The position numbers and the translations under genes are program-made. The notes under the pieces were generated by a model. It was not told the DNA's origin and ran no database searches. It worked only from the letters and a program-made list of their open reading frames with translations. Of a stretch of DNA of 64,000 nt, positions 40,088 through 53,900 are shown one piece after another (the first letter of the stretch is position 1; each line of letters starts with the position of its first letter). Location: positions 109,864,001 through 109,928,000 of the forward strand of contig NC_086373.1 of the NCBI RefSeq assembly GCF_036588685.1. The letters run 5' to 3'. Source of the stretch: Mytilus trossulus. Taxonomy: Eukaryota.

Positions 40088-41829
40088 TTGTATAACTTCA
40101 GATCGTTTTTTTTTTTGTTTTACAAACTTAAGACTTTTTTGTATTTGAAGACATTAGGAGGACCACCATTTAAAGAACAAATCAAAACACCTGAAGCATT
40201 AAAAGGGCTACCATCATACATATTGGTGAGTAGTAGAATCTTTATTCATAAGATTAAAGTTTAAAGTTATATTGAGTAGAAGAAAGATACAGATACACAA
40301 TTAAATGAATGTAACACCATACACAATATATATATAAAGTACCTATGTAAATGTAAAATACTTCAGCATGAGCTGACATGCAGCGACTTAATTAAATCTA
40401 AAGTATACTAAATAAAATACCTATCTTATATTTTTGTGGATATTTTGAATATCTAGTGTTTTTAGTATTTGTCGAACTGTATTATTGCTTACTGTGTCAT
40501 TTTCAATATAAACCTACAAATAAAAACTCAGATCAAAACCTTTTTAAAATAAAACATATTTATGATATCTATCTTTTATTTTAAACGTAAAAACATCCTA
40601 CATACTTTGAAAGTTAGAAAACAAATCTGATATCAACGGTGGATTCTTTTGATTCCATATTTGTCCATTTTCTTTTATATCTTATGTTGAAAGGAACTGA
40701 AAATAAAGACGTTATCACCATAATATAATCTCATTAGCATACAGATCCATACACGTTATAAGTTCAGGATTTTGGGAATTTTATAGAAGCGTTATAACAT
40801 ATCAATAAAAATCAGTTACAACAATACGAGGAAATGTTATTCAACTAAAAGATTATGTTATTATTTATTTTATAATTACAACAGAACAATTACCAGGGTT
40901 CTGGTCAGTGGTTACGTCACAAATCACTTAAAGCTACGGAGGAAAGTAATTTGGGGTAGGTATTATCTATATCAAGTGTCTAATGAACATGTCTTAGCAT
41001 TATAAAGGCAGTAAGTTAGCCAGAGGAAGCTGCTTAAATAATTTGCATTTATATTTGTTCTTAACTATTTCATGTTGAATGTTGAAACACGATATATTTT
41101 TAACATTTAAAAAAATGTGTATTGAGATAGGAATTACTTTATAATAATACCTGTGTATTGCTTTTGCTGGCTAAAGAATTGTATATTGAACTTGTGATAA
41201 CAATTGTATCAATACCGTCATAAACGCTTCAACTCATCGGACAGGCTAACTTCTTAAAATGTCTGTGTCTGGTGTTGATGTTGAACTGAACAGGGTTATT
41301 TCTCTTGAAATGTCTGTTTGTAGTGTTGATGTTGAAATAAAACGGTAATCTGACAAGAAGAAATCCTTGGGGTAGTATGTGGATTGACACGCTTACTAAT
41401 TTCTGCAGTTTACGCATGGAACATATTTATCATTTAAAGTCTCGTCTGGTGAACGGGAGATAATTCTGCTATAAAACATAATCATTGTCCACTTCTAATT
41501 CATTTACAATATCATCCGACTTTTTAGTTCTGTCATTCTTAATGACTCGTGCATTAAGTAGTGTTATTAACTATAATAATTCCTTCTTACGTGTCATGTA
41601 TTGTTTGAGTATGTCAACCTATTGCATGACTTATATTGCATGAACTCATGTTTTCTTCTGTGAAGTGATGTACTTGTAATCGTTATGTGTTTTTGTTCCG
41701 TCTAATTGTTGTCATCTTTGTATTATTGTGATTTGTTCCTATCCCATAACAATAGGTATCAGTGAAAGCATTATCATGAATGTATAAAAAGTCAAGTCAG
41801 TCATTTTACTCCAAACAATATTATTGATA

Positions 41830-42185
41830 GTTTAGTTTAAACATATTTGTTTATAGTGGATTGGGAAACAAGTTTTGCAACTTATATTAATCCCTTTCCA
41901 CTTTGCGGGTGCGAGTGCTGCCTTGTAGCGGCATTAGCCTACTCTTTTTCGAAATCTACAAGGGTGTCTTTAACGTGCAAGAGATATGGCTCTCTCTTAA
42001 CACGGGTCAACCATTTATCGTCCCCTTCCGACGGACTATCATCGTTTCCTCAAGACCATACTCGCAAATGGTGTCAAGGGAGAGCCGAAAATTGAGGTCC
42101 TGAAATTTTCATCCCAAACGGGAATCGAACCAGGAACCTTTGTGATAGTAGTCCGATGCACTAACCACTACACCACGGCTCTCAT
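41830..42185 (-). mobile_element. Full-length tRNA-derived SINE
   Basis: Minus-strand head GAGAGCCGTGGTGTAGTGGTTAG (A box) and GGTTCGATTCCC (B box). Core GCACGTTAAAGA...GAAAAAGAGTAGG resembles the Meta/Deu type (recall). (TAAAC)n-like tail. 13-bp TSD aatattattgata at 41817..41829 and 42186..42198. Confidence 0.9.
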
Positions 42186-42754
42186 AATATTATTGATAAG
42201 AGGACATTAGGATAACGACTTGTGTGTAGATGTATATCCATATGAGCAGTAATGTTTTGAAATTATACGTTTTTAAAAGATGTTTTTTATACCAGTATTT
42301 CTATGAATTGTGCAACAGAACGAGCATGGTAAAAAGAATTAACTAAATGTTTCTAATCTACAAAAATGTATATATGAATAATATTTGGAATAGTTGATAT
42401 ATTTGATTCACACTACCGACTGCATCTGGGGACTGCCATTTCGAGATAGTATGTACAGTACTTACAATGCTATTCGCATAATTGATATGAAACATTTATC
42501 TACTTTTGACAATGTAAGATTTTGGTTCTTGGTGAAGTTTATTCTGGAAACACATGTGCATGGAAATCAGTAACATATTGATCTTTATTAAGTAACCAAA
42601 GTGACGATAAATATCGTAACCAAACGGAGCTGTGACGGACAGTGATAAATCCTTTACAGAGATGTAATGCCTTGTCTTCAAAAAGTCATTTACAACTTAT
42701 GTAACAGTATGTTTAATGCACGTTAATGACTTACTTTTTTTTTTATTAAAAGAA

Positions 42755-43205
42755 TAAAGTAAAATCACAAAAAATCTGAACTCCGAGGAATATTCAAAAA
42801 GGAAAGTCTGCAATCAATTGGCAAAATCAAAAGCTCAAACTCATCAAACGAATGGACAACAACTGTCATATTCCTGATTTAGTACAGGCATATTCTTATG
42901 TAGAAAATGGTAGATTAAACGTGGTTTTAAAGCTAGATAAACCTCTCACTTGTATGGCAGTCGCTTTACATTTCATTATATTGACAACGATGTGTGAACA
43001 AAACTACTAGTCACAGACATTATAGTAAACAATGTCAAAGATAGGGGTTCAGCAGTCAACATTGTGTTATTATAATCTTAATCACTATAAAAACAAACAA
43101 GTATGTATTAAAGAAGCACGAAATGGTATATATACCAAGTATATACGCAAAAATTGAAAGACAAGAATATACAAATTTATCATAGTACAATACCACAATG
43201 ACATT
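42755..43205. mobile_element. Second high-copy unclassified interspersed element
   Basis: aaagtaaaatcacaaaaa..ctgaactccgagga...ctgtcatattcctga. Copies at about 1000-1225, 10045-10190, 12328-12460, 23355-23546, 31230-31485 and 59905-60075. Confidence 0.75.
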
Positions 43206-44250
43206 GCAGTGACATGTTCATGGGAAGGTTTAGGGCTTACAAACATGTTAAACCACGCCACATTCGTTATGTGCGTGTCCCATGTCAAGGCATTTTATAG
43301 CCGACTACACGGTATGTGTTTTTCTCAATGTTGAAGGTTGCATATAATTGCTTGCATTCACTTTATTTGAACTTCGGTGGATAGTTGTCTAGTTTGCAAT
43401 TATACAACATCTCGTTATCCTTATACTGTTGAGTAGGGGCGCTTTTCTTGAATTTGGAACTCTGAAAACAAAAATATGTAACCAAAAAAAAGTCGTAACA
43501 TTTTAGAAACAAAGTAATAATAATAAACATAAAAGTATATACAAAAAACATGCAAGATCTACTTTTACTTTAGGCGTTAGAACATTAGTTTCTTGATCTT
43601 TTCAAAGTGATGCCTTACATTTAGTGTTTTCCTTCTGTAAACGACAAAGACGTATATTGCAACTGATCCAGGTGTTGTTGGACTTGGTTAAAGATCTAGA
43701 TACGGGTTTCGGTGTAAGTCTTACAGAAAAAAAAACACCCTTAAAAAGTAAATTAATCAAAGCACAATTCAAAAACAAAACAGTCAACACCTTAGGTAAA
43801 AATAAAAAGCTCAAGCACATTTCGAGCATATGATGAGTCTTTTCCTGACTTGATACAGACATTTTCTTATGTAGAAAATGGTGGATAAAACCTGGTTTTA
43901 TAGCTATCTTCTCCTCTCACTTGTATAAAAGTCATATAGAATTCAATTGCAAATATTAGGCGCTTTGTATGTCTCTGAACCTTTATTCAGTAGATACGTT
44001 TCTCTAATTCTATGGAAATTTATCCCTTTCCGAACCCATTGTATAAAAAAAATAAATCAACGTGTGGTTGTTAGTGATCTCAAAAGATCATTGGACGATT
44101 TTAAGGTCATTACCTTTTTAGCTAACTGCATGAATCAGAATATGCTAACAGGTGTTAATGAAATTGACAAATTCGTAGAATGTGAAAGGCACTCGAAAGG
44201 AATTTTCGTTTAAGAAAAAAAGAAAATTCATTTTTAATCATTAGAGAAAC

Positions 44251-44370
44251 AGATTCTTACATATTTACTCGTGGATTATCGGATTTATCCAATCTCGATA
44301 GTTAAATTATCAATTTTAACTATCTCGATTGGATAAATCCGATAATCCAATGGTATCAATGTAAGAATCT
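44251..44370. repeat. 120-bp inverted repeat or small foldback element
   Basis: agattcttacat...ggattatcggatttatccaatc..gatagttaaa is mirrored by tttaactatc..gattggataaatccgataatcc...atgtaagaatct. Confidence 0.85.
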
Positions 44371-46275
44371 CTATTTCTATAATTGTTAGAATACTTGATA
44401 CAATCACCCTGAACAAATCCTTGAAGTAGATCTCCATGTTTATACGAGATTGTCAAAATCGAAAAAAAATATTTCCTTTTTTCCTCGGATTTTTACTTAA
44501 AAAACAAAACACAATGAACTGTGCTTGTTAGTCACTACTATTTGAAAATATAAGCAAGAAACTAGTAAGGCATTACCGAATTATAAATTCAGTGTTTATA
44601 GACATTACGACTTGGTGACATGTTACGTAAGTACGTCGAATAACATTTATTAACAAAGTCACGAGAAGCAATTTTCATTAAGCCAGGTTTTAGGGCCTGT
44701 GGAATAGGTTTTGTCATAAAATAACAATACCGTACATCTACAGATAAACAGTATTATCTAATTTATAGGCTTTACTATCCACTAACTGTCAAGAGAGAAT
44801 AAAAATGTTTCATTCTACTTGAGACTTTACAGTAGAACACTTTGGGGTCAACGTACGCTTTCGACATATGCCAAAATGTCAGACTCAGTATATATATGCA
44901 AGATGTGAACAGATTCCTTTGTAAACTATCTGCAATTTAGATTCAAAACCCACTTTTTTCTTTTATTATTTTCTTATATACATTTGTTGGGGTTTAATTT
45001 CCACAATCAAGATTGATTATTTCTGCTCTCGTTTTTGATACATTAATAAACACTGACGAGATCTTGGTTTGGGACATAGAAATTATGGAGGATATTTTTG
45101 GCTTTTAAAAGACGTAATTTCGATGCTTACGATCGTCCATATCTTCATGTAAGATATGAGTTATTCAATTCACTATTCAAGGCCTTATATAATTATCAGG
45201 AATTTCTCTAATAGTTGTATGATGTTCATTTAATGTACTTTCATTATTTCAATATCAATCCCGATACACTTAATACATAGCCTTTATTTTCAGCTAATTG
45301 CTATTTTTCATATTCTTGTCTGGTATATTTTTCTTCTAAACCAAATAATGACATTTCACAATAAACTTGCCCGACCTTTATAAATATACAGGCAATATAC
45401 TTATTCTTTCTTAGTTAGCGTAAGAGATGTGACTAGACAACATTAATGACAAAACTATGATTAGTGTTAAAGTCTCGAGTTATTTTATCCTCAATAATTG
45501 CATGGTCGCGCAGTACACTGGATAATGAGATTAACCCTTTTTAAAGTAAAAAGCGACTTAATTCAAACATATACTTGTTGACTTCATTTTTAAAATTTTG
45601 TTTTTGGTGGAAGAACTTTTAGCTAAATGAAAATTACTATTGAAAGCGTACTACCAATCCTATATCGTAGGAGATTTATATTTCAATGAGTCAGTACTTA
45701 CTTATAACATAAACGATAATACTTCCCTTTGATTGTCGAGTGAGCATAATTCTGCTATTTTTAGAGAAGTTCATTAACTAAATTATGTTTTAATTATTGT
45801 CCTTTTGTACTTCCAAATCCCGTCGTTGGGCTACCATAATACTAGTTAAACTAGTAAACTTAATCCTTAATTTGAAAATGATTCCATGGACGTGAAACAA
45901 ATCAATGTCCGCATAGATGTACAAAAAGAAATAATTTGCTTTATAAACACTTTTCAAAGATATATCTGTGAAATAAACATGCCTAAAATATTTGGACCTT
46001 AGTTAATATCAATCATCAATAATCGATCTTTATCCTGATATTGGAAAAAGAAGAATACCTTCACAATAAATTTTCACAACGTTTCCTTCTTACTATAATT
46101 TTAACGCTTCTCAAACTACACGTCTTATGTATTTAGAAAGCAACTTACAAGGTTTACATTTAACAAAGTTTTGTCGTATTGGTTTTAGAATCAGGCAGCA
46201 TGGTATGATTCGATCATGATTGTGTCCTAGTGTTTGTTAAAGCAGGGTTGCGTTCAATGTCGTAGATTTTTTTGT

Positions 46276-46347
46276 CTACTGAACGAGGAGCTAGCCTAGC
46301 TGCTATCAATATCTATGTAGCAGCTAGGCTAGCTACACGTTCAATAG
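46276..46347. repeat. 72-bp hairpin
   Basis: ctactgaacgaggagctagcctagctgcta, a 12-nt loop, then tagcagctaggctagctacacgttcaatag. Confidence 0.85.
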
Positions 46348-46836
46348 TCATAAATTTGCGTAGCCATATGAAGCCACTACGATATTGAATACAACCCAGG
46401 CAACACGGTATACATCGAACACACAATGGGTATACATCAAATAAGGTTTGGCATCCATTCCTTCAAGAATGTATTTGGGGAAACACTTCATTAACATATA
46501 AATCTCTTTGAATTGCTTTGATGAAAATCTCATGGCAAGAATTAATTTACTTAAAATGTATCATCTTATCAAATCCTACTAAAAACTATCATGCATGCGT
46601 TAAATTTCTGAAGAACAAAAAAGAAACGTTTTGTCAGAGAAAGTGCCATTAACTTTTGATATGTGTTTTTGCCCTTTAATGTTGCAAATCATATATAACC
46701 ACGATTTAAATTTAACATATTTGATCCTCTAAAAGCTATTCTTTTCGGAAATTAAATACGTTTATTCGTAAAATCGGTGATCTATATTTAACATACATGT
46801 ATGCAAGATATTAGTTTCATTCTTCTGTAGTTGCGA

Positions 46837-47025
46837 GTTACAACTTTCGGTACAGTATTGTACAATTGTGGGTTACAATTCTTGGTTCATACGTGTATAT
46901 TGATGGGTTACAATTCTTAGTTCAGACGTGTATAGTGATGGGTTACAAGTCTTGGTTCATACGTGTACAATAGCGGGTTACAATTCTTGGTTTTTAAGTG
47001 TATAATTGTTGGTTACAATTTTTGT
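46837..47025. repeat. 35-bp tandem repeat, about 5 copies
   Basis: ggttacaa.tctt.gttca.acgtgta at 46871, 46906, 46941, 46976 and 47011. Confidence 0.85.
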
Positions 47026-47104
47026 TTGTTCAAGTTACAGAGTTATCTTCACTTCATTGTGATTGTTTGCCTGTTAATTTAGCATCAAGTAGTGCATACA
47101 TTTG

Positions 47105-47350
47105 AAAAGAGTGGCGAAAGTTCATCAAAACTCATAAATCGAAAACAAACTGACAACGCCATGTCTAAAATAGAAAAAGACTAACAGACAAACAATACTA
47201 CACAAGACACAACAAAGAAAACTAAAGACTAAGCAACACGAACACCACAAATAACGGGGGTGATCGCAGGTGCTCCGGAAGGGTAAGCAGCTCCTGCTCT
47301 ACATGTGGCATCCATCGTGTTCCTCAGGTTATATCAAACCCGGTAAATAG
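47105..47350. mobile_element. Third unclassified interspersed element
   Basis: gacaacgccatg...ggtgctccggaagggtaagcag. Reverse-orientation copies at about 365-550, 34140-34212 and 63680-63910. Confidence 0.7.
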
Positions 47351-48239
47351 TCAAGTTAAAATATTTAAATGATATATTGTGTCATTATTTATATTTTTTT
47401 TGTAATTTCGAACTTCGTTTGCAGTTTTATCACACGATATCTAACAGTATTATAAAGATGTTTTCAAACAGATTACAAATGGAATATGACGATTTATGAT
47501 TTTTTTAAACGAAAATATCTTCTTGGTTTTTTTTAAAATGATATCATTGTAAACTATCGTTTACACAATTTCTGTAGATAACTAATAAGAATAGAGGAAA
47601 ATTATAGACTATGAGGAGTCAACCAATGATTTAAATTTTGATGAAAATGTCATGTACGTAAAGAAACAAGTATTATAGACACTTAGATTCAGTACTTAAA
47701 ATTATTGTTTATGACCTAGCCTACTGATAAAATACCATTATGATCATGCTGATGAGATTTACCAGAACTGATTTAAAATAAATCACGACAGTATCATAGT
47801 TTGTTTACCAACATAGTTATTCTTAAAAGGTGTATATGTTGTAATTTTGACGGATGTTATTCCCCTGTGCATCAAATGTCAATATGAGTAAGATTCTCAT
47901 GTCAACACAGATCCGTTTGACATGCTATTCTTCAGATATAGTATCTAACTCGGAGAAATTGCTGTACAATATGTTGACACAAATAGTGTTTAAATTTCGC
48001 TCACAGTACGCCGACTGAGCTCCGTATTTCGATATTTTCTAAAATAAATTGGCGTTTTCTATGGAAAAAATATCATTTCAAAAACACATTTAGAACGTAC
48101 AAAATATTACATTTATACGTCATATCACAAATATTTCTTCTTTGTTTAGTTTCAGAGGAATTGCGGGTCAATGACATCGGTCTCTTCCTTTAGTAGTATA
48201 GATATATGAATAAAAGGAGTCAATGTCAGTGAGACATCT

Positions 48240-48642
48240 TATAACACTGTGCGGGACAAATTTGCCATTCCGGTATCGGCAAATCTGACTTTGTCGGTTT
48301 ACAAGATATCAAAAAAACATTTTGCCCAGCAATAGATTATTAAATTTTTTTTAAAATGCCATATGTCCCAACTTGTCACTGTTGTCAGAGTTGTCACTGC
48401 AGCTGCTTATAAGTACATTTCCCATGGGAAATTTTATAATTCCCATGGGAATATTAGAATTTCCCATGGGAAATGTACTTTAAATCAGCTGCAGTGACAA
48501 CAGTGACAAGTTGGGGCATATGGCATTTTTTTAATTTTTCAATAATCTATCACTGGGCAAATTTTTTTTTTGATATCTTGTAAACCGACAAAGTCAGATT
48601 TGCCGATACCGGAATGGCAAATTTGTCCCGCACAGTGTTATA
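48240..48642. mobile_element. Near-perfect palindromic foldback MITE of about 400 bp
   Basis: Arms begin tataacactgtgcgggacaaatttgccattccggtatcggcaaatctgactttgtcggtttacaagatatc and match exactly in reverse. The centre has three ttcccatgggaa palindromes. TA or TATA flanks. Confidence 0.92.
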
Positions 48643-50891
48643 TGAACACTACATGTCAATCAAATAAAGCCAAATTAGGGTAAAATCATCATTGGTTTAC
48701 CTTTGAATTATTTGTTATATAAAAATTAAAAACGTTACTGAACAACCATCACTTCAGGTTAGGATGAAGGTTGTCACCTTTAAACGTTAAAACCTATTCA
48801 TGTGTACTTATCAAAAGACCAAAATCTGTTGTTCAGCGGTTATCGTTTGTTGATTTTCTCGTTTTATATATAGATAAGTTTGTTGGTTTTCCTGTTTGAA
48901 TGGTCTTACACTAGTCATTGATTGGGGCCCTTTATAAATTGCTGTTCATTGTTAGCCAATGTTCCGTTTGAAAGCCTTAATTTGACCTTTGACCTATAAT
49001 GATTTGCTTTTTTATAATTGTGACTTGAATAAGGAGTTGTCTCACTGGCACTCATACCATGTCTCAAACTTCTTATATCTATTGAAACCAAAAAGTAATG
49101 AAAAAATACCGAAATGATATGTTTAGAAGTCGCAAATCAACTATATCATTCTTACTCAACTCTGATTCTTACTTTTAATGGCTAGTATATTTACTGTACA
49201 CATATTATTCGCCACAATACATGTAATATTTAGTGTACCAAAGGGGCTAATATATAAGGTTGTAGTTTGAAATTAAGAGCATAAACAAAGATAATGTATG
49301 TATCGGGTACGATATAGGTACAACATTCCTGACCAATCTTTCAAGGGAAGAGGTCATATTGTCTAATGTACTGTTGTTGTTTTTTTGTGTAGGATTTAAT
49401 GGAAAATCAAATTTGCCATGATTATTTTCCTTTGTGTGTTAGATAATAGTTTTGTGACATCCAGTTATTTGTTACACAATGGGCAAATACACATTCGGTT
49501 TTTAATTACCTTTGTCTATGTAGACCAAAAGAGGCAACACAAAAAAACCGCACAAAGAATATTGATGAAATATTGTCATCATTTTGAAAGTAATCTCCAG
49601 GCTGAAAAAGATATGTCTGTTTAGATATAATGAATGTATAGCAATATTCGTTATATCAAAATAGCAACCAGCTGTAATAGTGACAAGTTATCAAGCTAAG
49701 CCTTACAATACATTAATTTATTATCGTCATTTCTTATATTTTCTCCTTGAGATAATAACCAATCATTTTGAACGTAGTAACATAAAAAAGGATTTTAAAA
49801 TTAGTATTTGTAGTAGATATTGCTTATAAAAATTGAATATTGGGACATTTTCTCGGTACATTTTCAGCTGTATGTAAGTGTGTTTGTTTGCCTTTCGAAA
49901 ACGTTTGACTATTTTTGACATTTTACTGGCGTTTTGTGAAAGGAATACTTCAGGTCTGTGAACTTGTTTTCTATTGTTCTTTTTCTAACTTATTTTATAG
50001 TGCTATCTCTAACACCGTTATTATAGGGTTAAGTACGTTTACAGTTATGATTTTACTTATATGTTCCTGTCTGAACCAACTTATTCATGTTTTTAGATAG
50101 TCCTATAAGCTATGTAAGTCCTAATGTATGTTTTTGATAGTGTTTCTAGTTTGGATTAATTTAGTAAGAACATTCAAATTCCTGTTTTGAGAAGGTCTCA
50201 TATCAATAATACAAGTGTTTTACGTTTACTATAGTATGATACAACAACTATTTACCTACAGTTTAATGTATTATTAAAGTAGACATGTTAATGAATAGAA
50301 GACTTTTAGTGGTGTCAAATGCAACTTATTTACTAAGTAGAGTACCTTTAATGAATTGTTATGCTAATTGGAAACTATAACATTTGAAAAAAAAAATGCG
50401 AGCAAAATATGAATATTACTATTGCTTTATGTGAAAAGGTCACATGGTAGACTTAATTACGCTGCATATAAGTATATGTGATGTGTGAAAAATTAATCCT
50501 ATGATTTTTGGAAATCCTGACAAACCCGATTTTGTTTGATATACAACTGATTCATTATATGAAAAGTTGAAATTAACAATACGATGACGTTAAATATAAT
50601 AAGATATTATGTATCTGCCCTGTTTGGTTAATAGAATAAGACCAAATTGCTGATGGATAACCTCCTTCTATATAAAGGCAACAGTAGTATACCGCTGTTC
50701 GAAATTCAAAAATCGATTGACAAAAAAAAACAAATTTGGATTTCAAAAAATACTTGACTGAAACACATCCGATATAAGAGGAGAACTACGACACAACAGA
50801 AACACAACACTAAAAGTAACACACACAGAAACGAACTATAATATAACAATGGCCATTTTCCTGACTTGGTACAGGACACTATAAGAAAAAA

Positions 50892-51066
50892 AAAGTTGAA
50901 GAGCATTGATACCAAAAGCTTCAAAAAGATGTGCCTAATACGGCTAAGGTTATCTGCCTGGCAGAAAAACATCCTTAGTATTTAGAATAATTCATACTTT
51001 TGCTAACAAGAAATTTATAAAAATGACTATATAACAGATATACATGATAGCATCGAAGTGGTGACT
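50892..51066 (-). mobile_element. Internal retrozyme fragment without a hammerhead
   Basis: aaagttgaagagcattga...cggctaaggt...gaaatttataaaaatgac matches the middle of the unit. Confidence 0.7.
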
Positions 51067-51706
51067 TACTCCAGAATAAAAACGTAAACATAAAACAATC
51101 TGAACCCGCACATAATAACTTACAGCCGAGTTGGCAGAAGAGAGCAACGCACAAAGTGACGTCACATTTGAATTTCTAAAAAATTCCAAAAAAAATAGGA
51201 TAGAATTAAGATAAAATTCAAGATAATGTTTGGAATACTGATATAACATTTATTAATGACAACGAAAATACAATACCCAGTAATATAAATTGTGGTATTA
51301 ATTAAATAATAGCTATGTCGGTTTTTCTTCTAAATCAAACTGTAAACCAAATACATCGTGTAAATTTAGTTGACCCAAACAAAAATCTAAGAATTGAACT
51401 AGGTGATTGATTATCTTTACAATAATACGAATACAACAGAACAAAATAAGACCTACAACTACAAACGATAATCTTGCTTTAACCATAATACCATAGTGTA
51501 TCTTATAAATAATATCTTTCTGTTGATAAACTATTTTAATCAATATAATAAAAATAAAAATGTTGGTTCCACTTTTTTTTTTATAATTATGATATATAAA
51601 TCGTTATTATCTTATTCTTATCATTATGTTTGAATTCATAAAGTAAATTAAAGATAAACATATTTTTACCACGATGAGGAAAGAAACAATGACTTGTAAT
51701 TTAAAA

Positions 51707-52246
51707 TCTATAATACTAAAATTACGAGGTCCAATTTGTCAGCCGTCATCACGTAAAAACGATGAATCAAAGAATTCAACCTTATATATAACTAATATAG
51801 TACAATAGTGTTAATTAAAAATTACACCACTCCAGGCCCATTTGTTTTCCACGTAATTAATACTGCTAATAAATAAGAAGTTCCGAGTCGAGTCCGACAC
51901 CGATACCAATAGTATATTCAACTGTTACCTATTCCTACATGATCTGTATGTTCCGCATTTGACAGGCGCACCACCAAACGGTGTATTTAGAATTTTGCTG
52001 TATACTGTTAAAAAGTACTCCACGGCCCTTTTGTTTTGCAAATTAATAATATTACCAATAATTGATAGGTTCCAGGTCGACGGGTTCAACATGTTCAAAC
52101 AGAAAGATTTTGAAAACAGAGAAAACTGTGCATCTTATAATCGGCATGACTTGATCAGATGACAATACCAATACTAAAATAAGGCATACGCATAGTTATA
52201 TACTTTGATTCAGTCACGGACCCGCAATATCACGGGTGTGTTCTAG
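51707..52246 (+). mobile_element. Non-autonomous Helitron (540 bp)
   Basis: 5' end A|TCTATAATACTAAAA; 3' hairpin cccgcaatatcacggg followed by tgtgttCTAG|T; no TSD. Confidence 0.85.
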
Positions 52247-52305
52247 TATCTTATAATAATTTCTTGGGGAAATCTTAACTCAGTTTTTTGATTTTGCAGT
52301 CTATA

Positions 52306-53429
52306 AGCCGCGGTCACAACGAACCCACGACACATCTATGCAGCTCCACGACATGAAATCTTGTCAAATCGCGGGTCATCTGTGATCGTCGTACGACAAT
52401 CGCACGATAGTTGCACGATATTTTGAGCATCGTGGCGCTGTCTTGTGTCGTGGGACGAAAATTGGACATGCACCTTTCTTGCTCTTCGATTATTTGTCAT
52501 ATCACTGTCTTGTGGCTGTCGTGAGAGTGTATGACCACAGTCGTGCGACTGATGTGCGATAAACACATTGTCGTTGGTACCAACATAAACCATTTTGATA
52601 AAACAATCTTCGCAGGACTGTCGTACGACAATCTCACGACTGTCGCTAGACACTCGTGAAACAGTCGCACGATTGTCTCACGAATATCAATTTTCGTACG
52701 ATGCTCGCACAGCATTGATTGTCTGTCGTACGACAGTGGAACGTTCGTCGCGCAGCATAGTTACGTGTTATTTAGAATAATACAATTCGGCGGGAATGAA
52801 TGTTTGGAAAAACATACTGTCTACCGTTTGAAGAGAACGGCTTTTCCGCCAGAACGATTATGTTCGGTTATGTTGAATATGCGCCTTGCCGGACTTCAAC
52901 AAGAGCAAAATATAGTCCTGTTAGCGACCCTGTGACCACAATAGGAACGCCCGACGTTGGTGGGTTAAGCCATGGATCGAACGGCGCCAGACTTTTGGGC
53001 AATATAGTACACTGATGCAAGAGTTAGAACGGGAATCTGCCGTTGATTGCGTTGGATTCATGCGGATGGAGCCTTGTATGTTTCAAGAGCTTTTGCTGAG
53101 AGTGGCTACTCGCAGCACAGTTGCACAGCAATCTTACGAAAGTGGCACGACAGTAACACGACAGTCACACATGCATCCCAATACATGAAAACCTGACAAA
53201 TAGCCCCAAACAACTCACGATTGTCGCACAACCGACTTGCGACAGGCACACGACAGTACAATTACATATATTTTCTGTCTTGTACCCATCGTGGAACCAT
53301 TGTGGGCATGTCGTAGCTGATGTGACCACTCAAAATATTATTTTGACATTTTGCATGACGGTGCCACGACAACTATTTTATGTATCTTCCACGACAAAAA
53401 AAATTGTACGATTTGTTGTGACCGGGGCT
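52306..53429 (+). mobile_element. PIF/Harbinger non-autonomous deletion derivative
   Basis: TIRs AGCCGCGGTCACAAC and GTTGTGACCGGGGCT, TWA-like flanks (ata/taa), mirrored gtcg/cgac-rich subterminal repeats and an internal transposase fragment. Confidence 0.88.
52943..53107 (+). pseudogene. Harbinger transposase N-terminal fragment
   Basis: RNARRWWVKPWIERRQTFGQYSTLMQELERESAVDCVGFMRMEPCMFQELLLRVA matches the WV.PW...G.Y..L..EL...F.RM....F..LL pattern. No DDE domain. Not in the ORF track. Confidence 0.85.
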
Positions 53430-53669
53430 TAAGACGCATCCTTGCTCTATGATAACAGTTATACAAGGTCTATATTGAAGGATACTTTCGAAAACCCAGA
53501 CGCAGCACCACAGCTAAGTCATAATATTTGTGTAGTATTATAACTTCATGAACAGTAAAGGAGACATGACTTCTGCAATGCCAAACAGCAAAAGTATCGA
53601 CAGGCAGTATGATAGTTAGGAGTTGTGTATACATCCCGTTTGAAAGGACTAACATGTAGGTATGTTTTG

Positions 53670-53900
53670 ATTTGCTGATGGGAAAATCGATAATGTATGC
53701 CAATGTAAACTATATTCAAAGATCTCATTACAAAATAAGTTAGATAACCTTTACTTATAAGTTTGTTTAGAGGTTCGATGAGTTTACACGGATCAAATAG
53801 TGATTTCCTCGCTTTTAGTGCAATATTACCACATCTGCTTGTTGTATTTGCATCTGATAGACTACGAACATGATGTTGTTTGAATGGTTTATACTTACAA
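53670..53900 (-). pseudogene. Probable remnant of a Penelope-like reverse-transcriptase C-terminus
   Basis: GNIALKARKSLFDPCKLIEPLNKLISKGYLTYFVMRSLNIVYIG within ORF 53546..53923 resembles, from recall, the C-terminal ends of bivalve Penelope-like RT ORFs. No catalytic motif is visible. Confidence 0.45.

Noticed and set aside
42110-42183. tRNA gene on the - strand
   Set aside because: A and B boxes are present but the acceptor stem does not close. It is the head of a TSD-flanked SINE.
48245-48637. RSS-like heptamers (CACTGTG/CACAGTG) suggesting Transib or ProtoRAG
   Set aside because: There is no nonamer at 12/23 spacing and no 5-bp TSD.
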